From positions 3,427-67,426 of the forward strand of contig JAKBPE010000003.1 in assembly GCA_021829835.1 (NCBI GenBank): a stretch of DNA of 64,000 nucleotides, in the 5' to 3' direction. Of the stretch, positions 1 to 10,428 are shown one piece after another. A program made the position numbers and the translations under genes. The DNA comes from a bacterium (GTDB taxonomy: Archaea > Micrarchaeota > Micrarchaeia > Micrarchaeales > CABMGC01). The notes beneath the pieces are model-generated. The model was not told where the DNA came from and ran no database searches. It worked only from the letters and a program-made list of their open reading frames with translations. Position 1 is the first letter of the stretch, and every line of letters starts with the position of its first letter.

Positions 1-399
1 ACTATACCATTGCAGATACTATTGATGGCTCTAGTTTTCCTCTTCGTAATTAGTGGCATCTATCGATTGGTCAGACTTTTCAATGGTGACATTTCGATAG
101 CTATCCTAATCGGATTGGTCTTAAGTTTCTTTTTTGTATCTTTGATTGTCCTATTTTATTTTGCTTTGTTTAAGACTTATAAATATAGGAATGAAATAGT
201 TGTAAAGAGAATCAAGGACCTCATTGAAAAGGGCCATAATAAGATTATGGCAGTATACGGTCAGGCGCACATAAGTTCAAGGAATCCGGATAATGTACTT
301 TACAGTATACTATTCAAAATGACAAAAAACAAATCTCTAGAGGATATATTCGAAAGGGAAGGAATACATACAAAGATAATATCAGTAAAGTTTGCTTAA
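1..399 (+). CDS. Partial membrane protein (5' end outside window), possibly TraB/PrgY/GumN-like C-terminus
   Basis: Frame open from base 1; two hydrophobic segments followed by RNE...IMAVYGQAH, resembling the RN...VVG.GH C-terminal motif of TraB-family proteins. Confidence 0.4.
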   Translation, partial: TIPLQILLMALVFLFVISGIYRLVRLFNGDISIAILIGLVLSFFFVSLIVLFYFALFKTYKYRNEIVVKRIKDLIEKGHNKIMAVYGQAHISSRNPDNVLYSILFKMTKNKSLEDIFEREGIHTKIISVKFA

Positions 400-412
400 T
401 AAACACCATAAA

Positions 413-1264
413 TTATTTATCCAACTCCTCTTTCATCTTCTCGAAAATAGTGACCGGCTCCCAAGAATTCTGAGTGCCTCTGCGTGTTGGGTAAATACTG
501 ATATTTCGTGAGTTGCATAATCTCGTGATATTTTATCTGCAACTATTATATCTTTTTCCAGATCTTCCCTATCGGGTTCTATTATTCCACTGGTTTTAAG
601 ATAATCTATTACAAATTTGATTCTTCCTTTTTCTTTAAGTTCCTCTTTCGAAGGTTTTATTGAGATACGATTCCATGCTTGCTCCAGTATATGAGCGAAA
701 ACTTTACTTGAAATCATTGCAGGTGCTAGATCGTGCCCATTCTCAGCTTCTTCTATTGCCAATTCTATATTTTTAGTGTAAAGTTTACAAGTGTCACTTT
801 TTGTATTGGTGGATATTCGTTCCAATTGTGCTATCAAATGCCCTAACCTTTCCACATCTGCAAGTGGTATGGGTTTGATCTTAGAATCTAACACAGTCTT
901 AGATTTCTTAGAATTTCTAAGCATCATATCCAAATCTGGTTTTATCAGACGTGCTATTGGTATCGCATCCGGGGTCCGCATTACCTGCAGCCATAAGCTT
1001 ATCTATATCTACCACCTCTAAGCTTATGTTGGTAAGTTTGCTCATCTTTGTTGCTGCTTCATTGTAATCCTGGAATAAATCCATCGCAGTCTTGAGTTCT
1101 ATCTGCAATACATTGTATATACCAACAAATGCGACCTCATAACCTGCATAAACAATTGCAGTTTTGTCTAGAAGTGAGTTCATACGTCTCATAACTTCTG
1201 TACCACTTGAGATAATGGTAACAAATTCTTCATCCGGTTCTATGAAATCTGCTTGGTTATTCAT
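413..1264 (-). pseudogene. Frameshifted HEPN-like (DUF4145-like) protein
   Basis: ORFs 917..1264 and 433..981 join by removing one base in the C4 run at + 971-974 (..AD-PDAI..); a probable second shift near 458 gives a C-terminus VTIFEKMKEELDK* ending at 413; R-x4-H motif RDYATH. Confidence 0.5.
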
Positions 1265-1553
1265 ACGATCCGTTCGTACTGCTTCTACGGATTTATTAAT
1301 CTTTTATAATCTTATATTCTTCATAGATGCTATATGATTTTCTTTATCTTTGACTAAGTAGCTTGCACAAAGATGGCTTATAATCCAGGCATAGCCTATA
1401 TAACAGACTTTTTAGCATTGCTTCCAGTATATACACATACCAATTGGTGCAGACTATGAACAAAATCAAAGCTCGGCCAAGGCGCTTTCGTTTTAATTCG
1501 AGTGTTATAAAGGAACGCATATATTTGCATATGTAGTTGGCATAATCATCTTT

Positions 1554-2432
1554 GTGTTAGGTGTAACGTTGTCTAATTTTTTGATAGGCATTCTTTTTGG
1601 AATCTTTACCATGATTAGTTTTGGAATTCAGGACTTTTTAATGGCGAAGATATCAAGACAGATAGGCTCTTTCAGAACCTCCTTGTGGTTTGTTTTGCTA
1701 TCGTTTGTTGTTTTCATCATTCTGGCACTGTTTTTGTTCACAGATAGTGGAATAAACCCCTTTATGATTGTACTTCTGATAGCAACAGGTTTTGTCTCAG
1801 TTACAGCAATACTTTCATTTACTAAAGGTTTGGAAATTGGCAATATTTCAATTATAGCTACAATAGGAAACACGTGGGGAGCAGTTACTGCGCTTCTTGG
1901 GTTTTTGATTCTGGGGCAGAGGATAAGCAGCTTCCAGATTTTAGATATCTGCATCATAATAATAGGTACTGTCTTAGTCTCGTTAAATCTGAAGGACATT
2001 TTCAAGCTTAATCCAAACAAGATTCACGTAGGCCTGAAATATGCTTTTATTGCGGCAATTACTTTCGGGCTTTATTTCTTTCTCCTCTCATTTTTGACAA
2101 AGGCGTTGGGATGGTTTGATACGGCATTTCTTGTTACCATACCTATAATTCTGTTTTTGCTGTTGTACGGAACCTTGACAGGCAATAAATTGAGAGTAAA
2201 GAAAAGCAGGATGCCCCTTCTCTTTCTTATTGGTTTGTTAAGCATAGTGGGTCTTTTGTCATACAACCTTGGTGTGACATATAACTACACAGACATTGTT
2301 GCGCCTGTAAGTTCTGCTTCTCCTCTTGTAACAATAATTTTGGCTTCTCTGTTTCTTAAAGAGAGATTAACAAACAGCCAGAAAATCGGCGTGTTTCTCA
2401 TTTTGATAGGTTTAGTTTTATTATCAGTATAG
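1554..2432 (+). CDS. EamA/DMT family transporter
   Basis: About 10 TM helices in two repeats; C-terminal LASLFLKERL...IGVFLILIGLVLL signature. Confidence 0.9.
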   Translation: MLGVTLSNFLIGILFGIFTMISFGIQDFLMAKISRQIGSFRTSLWFVLLSFVVFIILALFLFTDSGINPFMIVLLIATGFVSVTAILSFTKGLEIGNISIIATIGNTWGAVTALLGFLILGQRISSFQILDICIIIIGTVLVSLNLKDIFKLNPNKIHVGLKYAFIAAITFGLYFFLLSFLTKALGWFDTAFLVTIPIILFLLLYGTLTGNKLRVKKSRMPLLFLIGLLSIVGLLSYNLGVTYNYTDIVAPVSSASPLVTIILASLFLKERLTNSQKIGVFLILIGLVLLSV

Positions 2433-2521
2433 CCTTAATCCGCTTTGTGTTGTTTGCAGTGGGATTTTTTACTTGTATGAAGCACTTGGACAGATAATGT
2501 AATGCAGCGTGTTATATTTTC

Positions 2522-3580
2522 TTACGCACTTTCTTTATTGTCGAGAAACTTTAATGATATCATTGCATTCATGTGCTGCAATGTAACTATGCCTATTGCC
2601 CTGCCATTTTTCGAGACAACTCCGAGTGGTTTGCCTTCCATCTCTATTTTTCTAATTGCAGATAGTATGTTAGTTCCGCTGTTGAATTGAGGTATAGGCA
2701 TGCCTATGGCAGTTATATCTGAATCGGAGCGAACATTTTTCCTAAAAAGATCCAGCAGCAGGAAATCCTTTCCGTTTTTAGTTATGGCGACAGATGTGCC
2801 TCGTCCTTCCATAATCCGATATAGGTCTTTTATGGTGGTCTTTTTGTCTATGAGTACAAATCGCTTGTCTATGGCGCTCTTTATATTCATTTTTTCCGTC
2901 TTTTTTGTTATTATTGCATTCTGCACCTCAGCTATGGCTCCCCCATACAGGATAAACCCTACAAAGGCAAATATTACAAAGTCGAGTATCTTTTCAGTTA
3001 ATGAAAAGTTGGAGAGCCATAGGTAACCTATAGATCCTATGACAATAATGACTGCAACATACTTGCTTATCTTCCCAGTAAGCATTGTTGAGTCTAACAT
3101 ATTCCTCTTTTTTTCAAGGTAGCTTCGGAAGACTCTGCCCCCGTCAAGGGGAAATGCGGGGAGCAGATTTAGTACTCCGAGAGCTACATTTAGTATGAAG
3201 AGTTCTTGCAGTACAAATACAAAATTCCCCATTGGAGCAAAGACGGAAAGGATTCCAAAAATGCCACCTAAGAAGACGCTCATCAACGGCCCTGATATGG
3301 CTATATTTAGCTCCTGTTTTCTATCTATTTTATCATTGTCGAGGGATGTTGCTCCGCCTAAAGGAGTCAGGAGAATGTCTCTTACTTTTATATTGTTTTT
3401 CCTTGCAGTATAGGCATGTGCCGCTTCGTGTATGAAAACGCATACAAAAAGGAGCAGGAATATCAGGAAGATCATAATGTTGTAAAACAGCAGGAAAAAA
3501 AGCATAAGCATGACAAATGTCCAGTGGAGATTTACATTTATCCCCCAGATCTTGCCTATGCGTATAGAATTCAAAGACAA
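2522..3580 (-). CDS. Site-2 protease (M50) with C-terminal CBS domains
   Basis: HEAAH zinc motif, ISGP, NLLPAFPLDGG; CBS-like GIVT repeat at C-terminus. Confidence 0.92.
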   Translation of the reverse strand: MSLNSIRIGKIWGINVNLHWTFVMLMLFFLLFYNIMIFLIFLLLFVCVFIHEAAHAYTARKNNIKVRDILLTPLGGATSLDNDKIDRKQELNIAISGPLMSVFLGGIFGILSVFAPMGNFVFVLQELFILNVALGVLNLLPAFPLDGGRVFRSYLEKKRNMLDSTMLTGKISKYVAVIIVIGSIGYLWLSNFSLTEKILDFVIFAFVGFILYGGAIAEVQNAIITKKTEKMNIKSAIDKRFVLIDKKTTIKDLYRIMEGRGTSVAITKNGKDFLLLDLFRKNVRSDSDITAIGMPIPQFNSGTNILSAIRKIEMEGKPLGVVSKNGRAIGIVTLQHMNAMISLKFLDNKESA

Positions 3581-3720
3581 ACTAAAACCTGATTCTGGAT
3601 GGGGTATTTAAGTATAAATATCATTCTGCACTTTGAAAGTGCGCATGTGGGTATAAAAATATGTAATATGTATAAAGATATTAATTTTCAATAGATATTG
3701 AGAAGTTGCATAGGTATAAC

Positions 3721-4170
3721 ATGGAGAAAACAGAAGGAATTTCTGGAAGGTGGCCTGGAGGATACAGAAGGATACAGTGGCTTAGGTTAAGTATGGTATT
3801 CTTTGCCCTTCTCGGTGCCGCATCGCATATATTTGCAAGCCCTGGCGCTACTCCGGAAGTAACATTCTGGATAGAGACGGAAGTGGTAGCATATGTCATA
3901 ATAGGGGTAGTCTACCTTTTTGGGCTTAAGATGTGGTATGTTCCAGCGATACTTTATACTGTGCTGAATCTGACCATATTTTTTACATCCGCAGTTGTAG
4001 TCATACCAGGAATAACATCGGGGCTTTTAATAGGGCACATGCAGTTTGCAGAATACTCGTTCGGCAGGGCGGGATCTCTTGTCTCATGGATGTATCTTCT
4101 TGTGGTAGGCATAATAATGCTGAAGATAGACAAGGGTTCAAAGATCAATGATCTTCTGAAACAAGGATAG
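3721..4170 (+). CDS. Hypothetical membrane protein (about 4 TM)
   Basis: ORF with several hydrophobic segments; AT-rich promoter-like region upstream. Confidence 0.65.
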   Translation: MEKTEGISGRWPGGYRRIQWLRLSMVFFALLGAASHIFASPGATPEVTFWIETEVVAYVIIGVVYLFGLKMWYVPAILYTVLNLTIFFTSAVVVIPGITSGLLIGHMQFAEYSFGRAGSLVSWMYLLVVGIIMLKIDKGSKINDLLKQG

Positions 4171-4179
4171 AATTGGGAA

Positions 4180-4461
4180 TCATCTATCTGCAAAAATATA
4201 AGTGCTCCCAGAGTAATGGATTATCCATGTGTCATTTATATGCACTATAGAGGAGTCTGGAAATGTTATAAGGCCATAGTCTGCGCGAACTGGAAAATTT
4301 ATCGGAAATGATTCAGACTCGGCAGTGGCATATGCAAGAGAGTTGAGCCTGTAGTACATGGAATTCAGGTTGCTTGATTGAATATACATGCTTAACATTA
4401 ATCCCATTTGTATCGTAGATGCAAAAATTATGGATATCAATAGTATTCCGTAAAAAGACAT
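4180..4461 (-). CDS. Small pilin-like protein, last gene of pilus operon 1
   Basis: N-terminal hydrophobic helix; abuts the upstream pilin genes. Confidence 0.55.
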   Translation of the reverse strand: MSFYGILLISIIFASTIQMGLMLSMYIQSSNLNSMYYRLNSLAYATAESESFPINFPVRADYGLITFPDSSIVHINDTWIIHYSGSTYIFADR

Positions 4462-4839
4462 TCAGCCAGCCTCTATGCATATATAACCAGTACCAGATGC
4501 TGCGTTATATGTGAAACACCTTGTTTGATAAGGCCCTGAAGACGCATTTCCAAATGGAACTACCTCGAATAACCTGAGGCCGTAAATATCCCGGTATTCC
4601 TGGGTTTTTATTCCACATGAGGGGTATTCCGGACCGTGTAAAAATATGCATTCGCTTTCGGATGAGTTGCGTGCAAGCTGGCTCATGAAGTCATATGATG
4701 CAAAGCCTGAAGCCATTATTTCTCTGGCTTTAGATGAAGATGCGGAGAAGCTTTTTATGCAGTATGTTGAGAATAAGAGCACGAGAAGAACTACCATTAA
4801 AGAGGCTATTGATTCGAGGCTTGCAAACTGGATTTTCAT
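4462..4839 (-). CDS. Minor pilin (class III signal peptide-like)
   Basis: MKI|QFASLES followed by hydrophobic helix; four Cys in the globular part. Confidence 0.7.
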   Translation of the reverse strand: MKIQFASLESIASLMVVLLVLLFSTYCIKSFSASSSKAREIMASGFASYDFMSQLARNSSESECIFLHGPEYPSCGIKTQEYRDIYGLRLFEVVPFGNASSGPYQTRCFTYNAASGTGYICIEAG

Positions 4840-4843
4840 CAGA

Positions 4844-6133
4844 TCAGCTCACTTTCAGGTTTACTATTGAACCATAATAAGGCAGAGTGGTATTGCCCGG
4901 ATAGGTATTGTTGTAGAGAGTCAGGTTTATTATGTACGTAAATGGATAAGCCGGCTTGCAGTCATAGTATAAGCCGCTTATGCCGCATGATAAATTGCTG
5001 TTGTTATATTGATGGACACTGTCGAGAAGGCTCCTTGCATTCAAGTCCATAGCTGAAACAGCTTCCTGGATTGCTGATGAAGTGGAATAAGATACGCCTG
5101 TTGAGTTGTAGAATCTTAGAACCTGATATGCGTTATTTTCCGCTTCGATATATCCGGAGTATGCAAAGTTGCTTATTTGGGAATATCCCTGCTGGCTTTG
5201 TATATATGGTGAGGTTGTTAGGCTGGATACGGTCACACTTTCCACTGTTGCATTTCCTATGATTTTGCCGTCCTGCATTATTAAAGAGGAGGGTTTTGCA
5301 GAAGAAAGATTAAATAGCAAGGTCTTTGAATCTCCATTTATTCTTACAAGTATCTTATAGTCGTAGGAATAGTTAGCAGTATTGGGAAGCAATATTCTGT
5401 ATCCTGATTCTCCTGGAACAAAGCAGTAGGTTCTTGAGTATGACCAGTCTGGGGATTCACAACTCCCGTCAAAGACCATGTAATCCCAGGAATTTGTTGA
5501 ACCGCATTGTATGCTTGGGGGATATATAAGGCCAGACCAGACATCTTTTTCGGTGCAGTGATTGGATTCGTTTATATATGAGACGCTTGATGCGCTGAAG
5601 GGATATGAAACACTTTCATTTTCATAGGTTATTGCGGCTGTAATTGCACTTTCATTTTTCTGTGCAGGAGCTGTGGAGGAATAGGTATTGTATTCGGAAG
5701 AGCCGGAGTTGCTGTATTTTCCGCAGGTGATGTTGTAATCAAGGTTTAGAAGATGCTGTCCTGAATTTTCAGGATCGAAATAAAGATATTTTATTGTTGC
5801 TCCTGTAAAGTTGTAGGAAAGGCTGTTATTTGAAAAGGCTACTGAGGCGGAACTCAGGCTTAATTCCGCCTTTCCATTATTGCATCCGTAAGTTTCCATA
5901 AACATTGGATTTCCAGAAAGGGTAGTTGAATTTAATGGAACGTATGCGTAAAGATTAGGATGCTCTCCGGATGTTGAAGATAAGTTGTTTTGGATGTTAT
6001 TTGGATTTGTGAATGCGTCATATGCCTGACGGCTTACAGCAAGAGTGTTTCCATACAGTGAGAGTATGCCGAGTGATAGGGCTGCAATGGCAGATAGTAT
6101 AAGAAGAAATTCAAGGCTTGACTGGATATTCAT
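4844..6133 (-). CDS. Large minor pilin / putative adhesin
   Basis: MNI|QSSLEF plus TM; Ser/Asn/Tyr-rich extracellular domain with paired Cys and many N-x-S/T sequons. Confidence 0.75.
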   Translation of the reverse strand: MNIQSSLEFLLILSAIAALSLGILSLYGNTLAVSRQAYDAFTNPNNIQNNLSSTSGEHPNLYAYVPLNSTTLSGNPMFMETYGCNNGKAELSLSSASVAFSNNSLSYNFTGATIKYLYFDPENSGQHLLNLDYNITCGKYSNSGSSEYNTYSSTAPAQKNESAITAAITYENESVSYPFSASSVSYINESNHCTEKDVWSGLIYPPSIQCGSTNSWDYMVFDGSCESPDWSYSRTYCFVPGESGYRILLPNTANYSYDYKILVRINGDSKTLLFNLSSAKPSSLIMQDGKIIGNATVESVTVSSLTTSPYIQSQQGYSQISNFAYSGYIEAENNAYQVLRFYNSTGVSYSTSSAIQEAVSAMDLNARSLLDSVHQYNNSNLSCGISGLYYDCKPAYPFTYIINLTLYNNTYPGNTTLPYYGSIVNLKVS

Positions 6134-6483
6134 CGGCTAACCCTGAGTAGATACTGGATACCCTTCAGATAAACAATCCTGCACACATCATATGCTCTGC
6201 AGCCTAGAGTGTTTCCCATGGGAGATAGGGATGCGTTTACACCATATGCTTCTGCAAGCCTTGTTGAGATTTCCAATGCTTGGGAATATCCTGCATTTTC
6301 CCTGTATATGGATAAAACAATCAACTGTGAGTCTGAGTATAATACTATCTGGTTAGAGTAGGCTGATTCGGATTTCTCATATGAGAACCTTATACCGTAG
6401 AATCCCACAGATATTATGAACATAATTATCAGTACTATGGGCATTGCCATCATAAGGTCCATGGAGATTAATTGCATCAACAT
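6130..6483 (-). CDS. Minor pilin (class III signal peptide-like)
   Basis: MLM|QLISMD plus TM; ATGA overlap with the next gene. Confidence 0.65.
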   Translation of the reverse strand: MLMQLISMDLMMAMPIVLIIMFIISVGFYGIRFSYEKSESAYSNQIVLYSDSQLIVLSIYRENAGYSQALEISTRLAEAYGVNASLSPMGNTLGCRAYDVCRIVYLKGIQYLLRVSR

Positions 6484-6672
6484 CTAACTACCCGAATTTA
6501 AACATCCACATGCTTCTACAACCGCAGCTACGCTGGAGTTGGCGGAATGCGTTGTATTATCCATACTTTTGGGATAAGTAAAACCTCCTAAAACATAATG
6601 CAGTATAGCAAAAACTATGAGCATTGAAATGAACATGCTGATGATTACCTCAAAAAGAGACTGCATTTTCAT
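6484..6672 (-). CDS. Very small pilin-like protein
   Basis: MKM|QSLFE plus TM; tightly packed in the operon. Confidence 0.6.
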   Translation of the reverse strand: MKMQSLFEVIISMFISMLIVFAILHYVLGGFTYPKSMDNTTHSANSSVAAVVEACGCLNSGS

Positions 6673-7040
6673 TTTGATATCACCACAGTGCCGTTTGTTT
6701 TATATTGAAGGTATAGGCGCGTGTAACTGCCTCCGGGACAGAAAGGGCTCCCCGAAAGTACCAACAACGCCACTTCTGAGAACTCACCATATTGAGTAGA
6801 TAAATGGTATCCTGAAATTGTGGCATTGCAGAGCCCTTTTGGGATGTATGTGTAAAGGGTAGTATTTCCAGCCATTATTCCGGAGCTTATCTCTTCTGCA
6901 AGCCTTTCTGTAGAGTATGTTGAAATAATCCCTTCGGCTTTTGGAAACATCCGCATCGACTCCGATCCCGCTATAAGGATGGCTATGGCAGCAAGTGAGA
7001 GATAGAGCATTAGCTCAAGGGACATCTGGGCTTTTGCCAT
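6669..7040 (-). CDS. Minor pilin (class III signal peptide)
   Basis: MAKA|QMSLEL plus hydrophobic helix. Confidence 0.8.
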   Translation of the reverse strand: MAKAQMSLELMLYLSLAAIAILIAGSESMRMFPKAEGIISTYSTERLAEEISSGIMAGNTTLYTYIPKGLCNATISGYHLSTQYGEFSEVALLVLSGSPFCPGGSYTRLYLQYKTNGTVVISK

Positions 7041-7044
7041 CGGC

Positions 7045-7308
7045 TCAGCTTATGTTTTTTGACAATGAGCTTATCTCTGATGATATCGCGCTTGAAACAC
7101 TTAGATTTGAACCGCTTACTGTAACTCCTGAGCCCATGCTTCCTTTTAGCTTGACTATCATAGCTAAAGCCATGACTATAACAATGCTTGCTGCTGCAAC
7201 CATCATCATGTATTCCAGGGAACCCTGTCCTTTCCTGCTTCTTGCAAGTGCAAGAAACGAGACTGCTTCCAACGGCAGTATCTTTTCCAGTAATTCATTT
7301 GTTTTCAT
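7045..7308 (-). CDS. Probable major pilin (class III signal peptide)
   Basis: RSRKG|QGSLEYMMM canonical archaeal pilin motif; short mature protein. Confidence 0.85.
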   Translation of the reverse strand: MKTNELLEKILPLEAVSFLALARSRKGQGSLEYMMMVAAASIVIVMALAMIVKLKGSMGSGVTVSGSNLSVSSAISSEISSLSKNIS

Positions 7309-7316
7309 AAGATTAC

Positions 7317-8075
7317 CTATAATATTGAGACAGCATAATGCGCTGTTGCAGTCATCATGAATGCGGATATGGAAAATAAGGGCAGAACAGAGCCGAGCCT
7401 CTCCAATATGCCTTTATCGTGTTTTGAGAAAGTCTCGGTGATGTACAGAATTATCCCGATGTATGCAAGAACAGTCAGTAAAAATCCATTCTGAATTTCA
7501 GTGTAATTTTTCGCTATGAATCCCATAGATGTGCCAAGTATGCTTGAACTTATCCCTGCAAATAAAGGGAGGAAGAAGATGAGGCCCATATAGGTGATTC
7601 CCTTAAGGCCATTTACCTTCGAATAGAATTTCTCTTCGTTGCGTATTTCGGATTCTAGCCTTCTTGAAAAGAGGGAAAGTCTCTTAGATACGTTTTTTCC
7701 GTTCTCGATATGGATTGTAAGCATCTCTTGTATCTCGCCGATATGGCCTTTTGCAAGATTTTTTGAATGCAGGTTTAATTCTCCCAGCATTTTTCGCTTA
7801 AGGAGATTTATAACAGATATCATCCCTGGATTTTTTTCTTCTTCACCGACATATTTCAGATACGTGGATATGTTTCCTCCGGTTTCCAACATTGTCAGGA
7901 TTTTTCTTGAGATTAGGAGAACTTCTCTCTTTTTGAAAGTATATGATCGTCTTTCCCTGTGTAGATACATTATGTAAATTAAAGGCGGCAACAACAGCAG
8001 ATAGATAGTATATTTTATCGCAGCAAAGATGGCCAGTGCATCTGTAAGTATAAACAATATTTTTGTTTTATCCAT
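7317..8075 (-). CDS. TadC/T2SS-F-like pilus platform membrane protein (divergent)
   Basis: TM-soluble-TM layout; located between the ATPase and the pilins. Confidence 0.65.
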   Translation of the reverse strand: MDKTKILFILTDALAIFAAIKYTIYLLLLPPLIYIMYLHRERRSYTFKKREVLLISRKILTMLETGGNISTYLKYVGEEEKNPGMISVINLLKRKMLGELNLHSKNLAKGHIGEIQEMLTIHIENGKNVSKRLSLFSRRLESEIRNEEKFYSKVNGLKGITYMGLIFFLPLFAGISSSILGTSMGFIAKNYTEIQNGFLLTVLAYIGIILYITETFSKHDKGILERLGSVLPLFSISAFMMTATAHYAVSIL

Positions 8076-8763
8076 TTAATCTACCGTTAAGTCTGGAGTT
8101 TCCAATTGCATAGAGGGCAGGCAGGGCGAAAAGCATTATAACTGAGAATATCAGGAGTGAAGGATTGCTTTGGGAGATTATTGAACTTCCCACAAAACCG
8201 AATATAATAAAGGAGGGAAGCACAGACGATAGGAACATGTTTATAGTGGCATATCTCTGTGAATATTGTTCTATGGACGATACTTTCTCTTCTTCTTCTG
8301 AATTTATTTTTTCAGTGAAAACCTGTAACGCTGAAGGCTTTAGCGATAGAGGAAGACCTGAGCCATCGAACATTTTAGACAATTTGGAAGAATTTTCATT
8401 AAACGGTTTTTCTGAACCTTCAAGATATTCTTTTTTGCTTAATGGCAATAGAATTTCTTTCAGTTCTCTGTCGTCAGATGAGTTGATGATTTTTAAGAGG
8501 GAAGAATATAAGGGCATATTACAAGAATGGTATTCTAGGAGTACATGCATTGCTGCGACAAACTTTTTTCTCAATGCTGAAAGAGATATTTTCTCATCCG
8601 AAGACTTGATTATGGCATAAAACAACAATGATGAAAATATTGAAATAGAAGCTAAAAAGGCAACAGTGAATATTTTTGTGTTTCCGTAGAAGTGCAGAAT
8701 TATTAATGAGGGTAAGAATGCGAATGAAAAAAATAGTATCAAATCTGTTCTTCGGTCATTCAT
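8068..8763 (-). CDS. TadB/T2SS-F-like pilus platform membrane protein (divergent)
   Basis: N- and C-terminal TM pairs, VLPSF motif; overlaps the ATPase stop. Confidence 0.65.
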   Translation of the reverse strand: MNDRRTDLILFFSFAFLPSLIILHFYGNTKIFTVAFLASISIFSSLLFYAIIKSSDEKISLSALRKKFVAAMHVLLEYHSCNMPLYSSLLKIINSSDDRELKEILLPLSKKEYLEGSEKPFNENSSKLSKMFDGSGLPLSLKPSALQVFTEKINSEEEEKVSSIEQYSQRYATINMFLSSVLPSFIIFGFVGSSIISQSNPSLLIFSVIMLFALPALYAIGNSRLNGRLNG

Positions 8764-10267
8764 GCACTACACCGTATCTGTATTCAGATATTGAAGCTAT
8801 GATGTCATTCTGCTCTGGTTTTGAGTATCTTTCTTTCAGAAATGCTATTCGTTTTGCAATTTCGGATTTTGCCGCACTAATTGGGATTTTGTTCTTTGAT
8901 GAAAAGAGTAACAGAGCCTTGGAGGCTGCAATAGTATTTCTTGATGTTCTTCCTTCGGAGCATATGACTCTGCCTTCAACAGAATCTCCGTTTCCTAGAG
9001 GCGTGCCATCTTTTATCTCTGCCTTGCTAAGCCACATGTATTCCATTATTGAGGATATTATTCTGGAATTTATCCCATTCTGGCGCATATAGATACAGGC
9101 GTCAAGCATTGATATGGAGCCGGGTTCGACTGACATAGGCCTTACCATTAGTTTTTTTATTGCAGAAAAACCGTCTGAGTTACTGTGCATGGTGGTTAAA
9201 AAGGGAATGCCTATGTTTGCACCGGCGAAGAGATCCTTGGTTTCCTCTCCACGTATTTCTCCGACTATCATCCAGTCTGGCCGCATGCGGAGGGCATTTA
9301 TCATCTGGGACCTCGTATTTGAGATTCCATCATTTTTACCACGCAGTGATACCGTGTTTTGGATGCCGTAATTTATATCGAGTTCATCTATCTCCTCTTC
9401 TATTATTACAGACTTATAGGTTTGCGGAATCAGCCTTGATAACGATCCTAGCATTGTTGTCTTGCCGCTTGCTGGAGACCCTGAAATTATTATATTCATA
9501 CCCGCGTCTATAGCAATCCAGAGATATGCTATTGTTTCTATATCCATTGTTCCCATGCTTAACATGGAATTGAAGCTTATGCGTTTGCCTTTGCCTATCC
9601 GGATTGATGCGACCCCTCCTGATGAAGCATAAGGATGCATCTGCGCATGTACCCTGGATTCCGATATCTGTGCATCTATTATGGGAAAATCTTCATTTAG
9701 TTCCTTTTCAGATTTTAGGATAAGCTTATTTACCGAATGCCTGAATGCGGGCTCCCCGGTGAATCGGATGTTTGTTTGGCATCTTCCATATTCAGAAGAA
9801 TATATAGTTATAGGAGAACAGGGAGCATTGACCTCTATTTCCTCTATGCCTAATTTATCTTCCATCAGTATGCTGAAAGGTCCGGAGCCTGCAGTGTCAT
9901 GTGCCACAAAATATGAGAGGTAATCAGCATTGGCAGTGTTTGTAAACTCCGATAGTTTTGCAAATGCAATCTTCCTGGAATCTTCAATGGAAGGCTCTTC
10001 ATGCATTGAAAGATTTGAAGAGAGCAGATTTATGACTTGCGCCTTGGCAATAGCCATCAGGTCAAGGTCCTTTGAACTGAAACCATAATTACCTATAATA
10101 TAAAAATATGAATTTTTGTGCATGATAAACCTTCCGGATGGAGTTTGGCTGGTGCTGTCTTTTGGAACTACGTATGAAAAATTCTCAATCACGAAGTTTA
10201 AAGGAGATTTTGCTTCTTCCTTCTGTTCGGGTTTCTTGCGGATAAATGCAACAATATTATTTATCAT
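8756..10267 (-). CDS. Type II/IV secretion (TadA/VirB11/FlaI-like) ATPase
   Basis: Walker A GSPASGKTT, ALRMRPDWMIVGEIRG, TTMH. Confidence 0.92.
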   Translation of the reverse strand: MINNIVAFIRKKPEQKEEAKSPLNFVIENFSYVVPKDSTSQTPSGRFIMHKNSYFYIIGNYGFSSKDLDLMAIAKAQVINLLSSNLSMHEEPSIEDSRKIAFAKLSEFTNTANADYLSYFVAHDTAGSGPFSILMEDKLGIEEIEVNAPCSPITIYSSEYGRCQTNIRFTGEPAFRHSVNKLILKSEKELNEDFPIIDAQISESRVHAQMHPYASSGGVASIRIGKGKRISFNSMLSMGTMDIETIAYLWIAIDAGMNIIISGSPASGKTTMLGSLSRLIPQTYKSVIIEEEIDELDINYGIQNTVSLRGKNDGISNTRSQMINALRMRPDWMIVGEIRGEETKDLFAGANIGIPFLTTMHSNSDGFSAIKKLMVRPMSVEPGSISMLDACIYMRQNGINSRIISSIMEYMWLSKAEIKDGTPLGNGDSVEGRVICSEGRTSRNTIAASKALLLFSSKNKIPISAAKSEIAKRIAFLKERYSKPEQNDIIASISEYRYGVVHE

Positions 10268-10330
10268 AGTATAATCTTTTTACTTAAGTATATGTTTAGG
10301 TATATTAGTATATATTAAGATTTATATATC

Positions 10331-10366
10331 TTTCTAGAAATAGGCAGTTTAGGAGCAGTTCTAGAA
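10331..10366. promoter_or_regulatory. Two TTCTAGAA palindromes in a divergent promoter region (candidate operator)
   Basis: TTTCTAGAAA at 10331-10340 and TTCTAGAA at 10359-10366, between the pilus operon and a wHTH gene. Confidence 0.3.
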
Positions 10367-10428
10367 TCAGAGTAAATAAAATATACCTTTATAAAACTTA
10401 ACAGAGAATATCTCTTGTGTGTGTCGCT

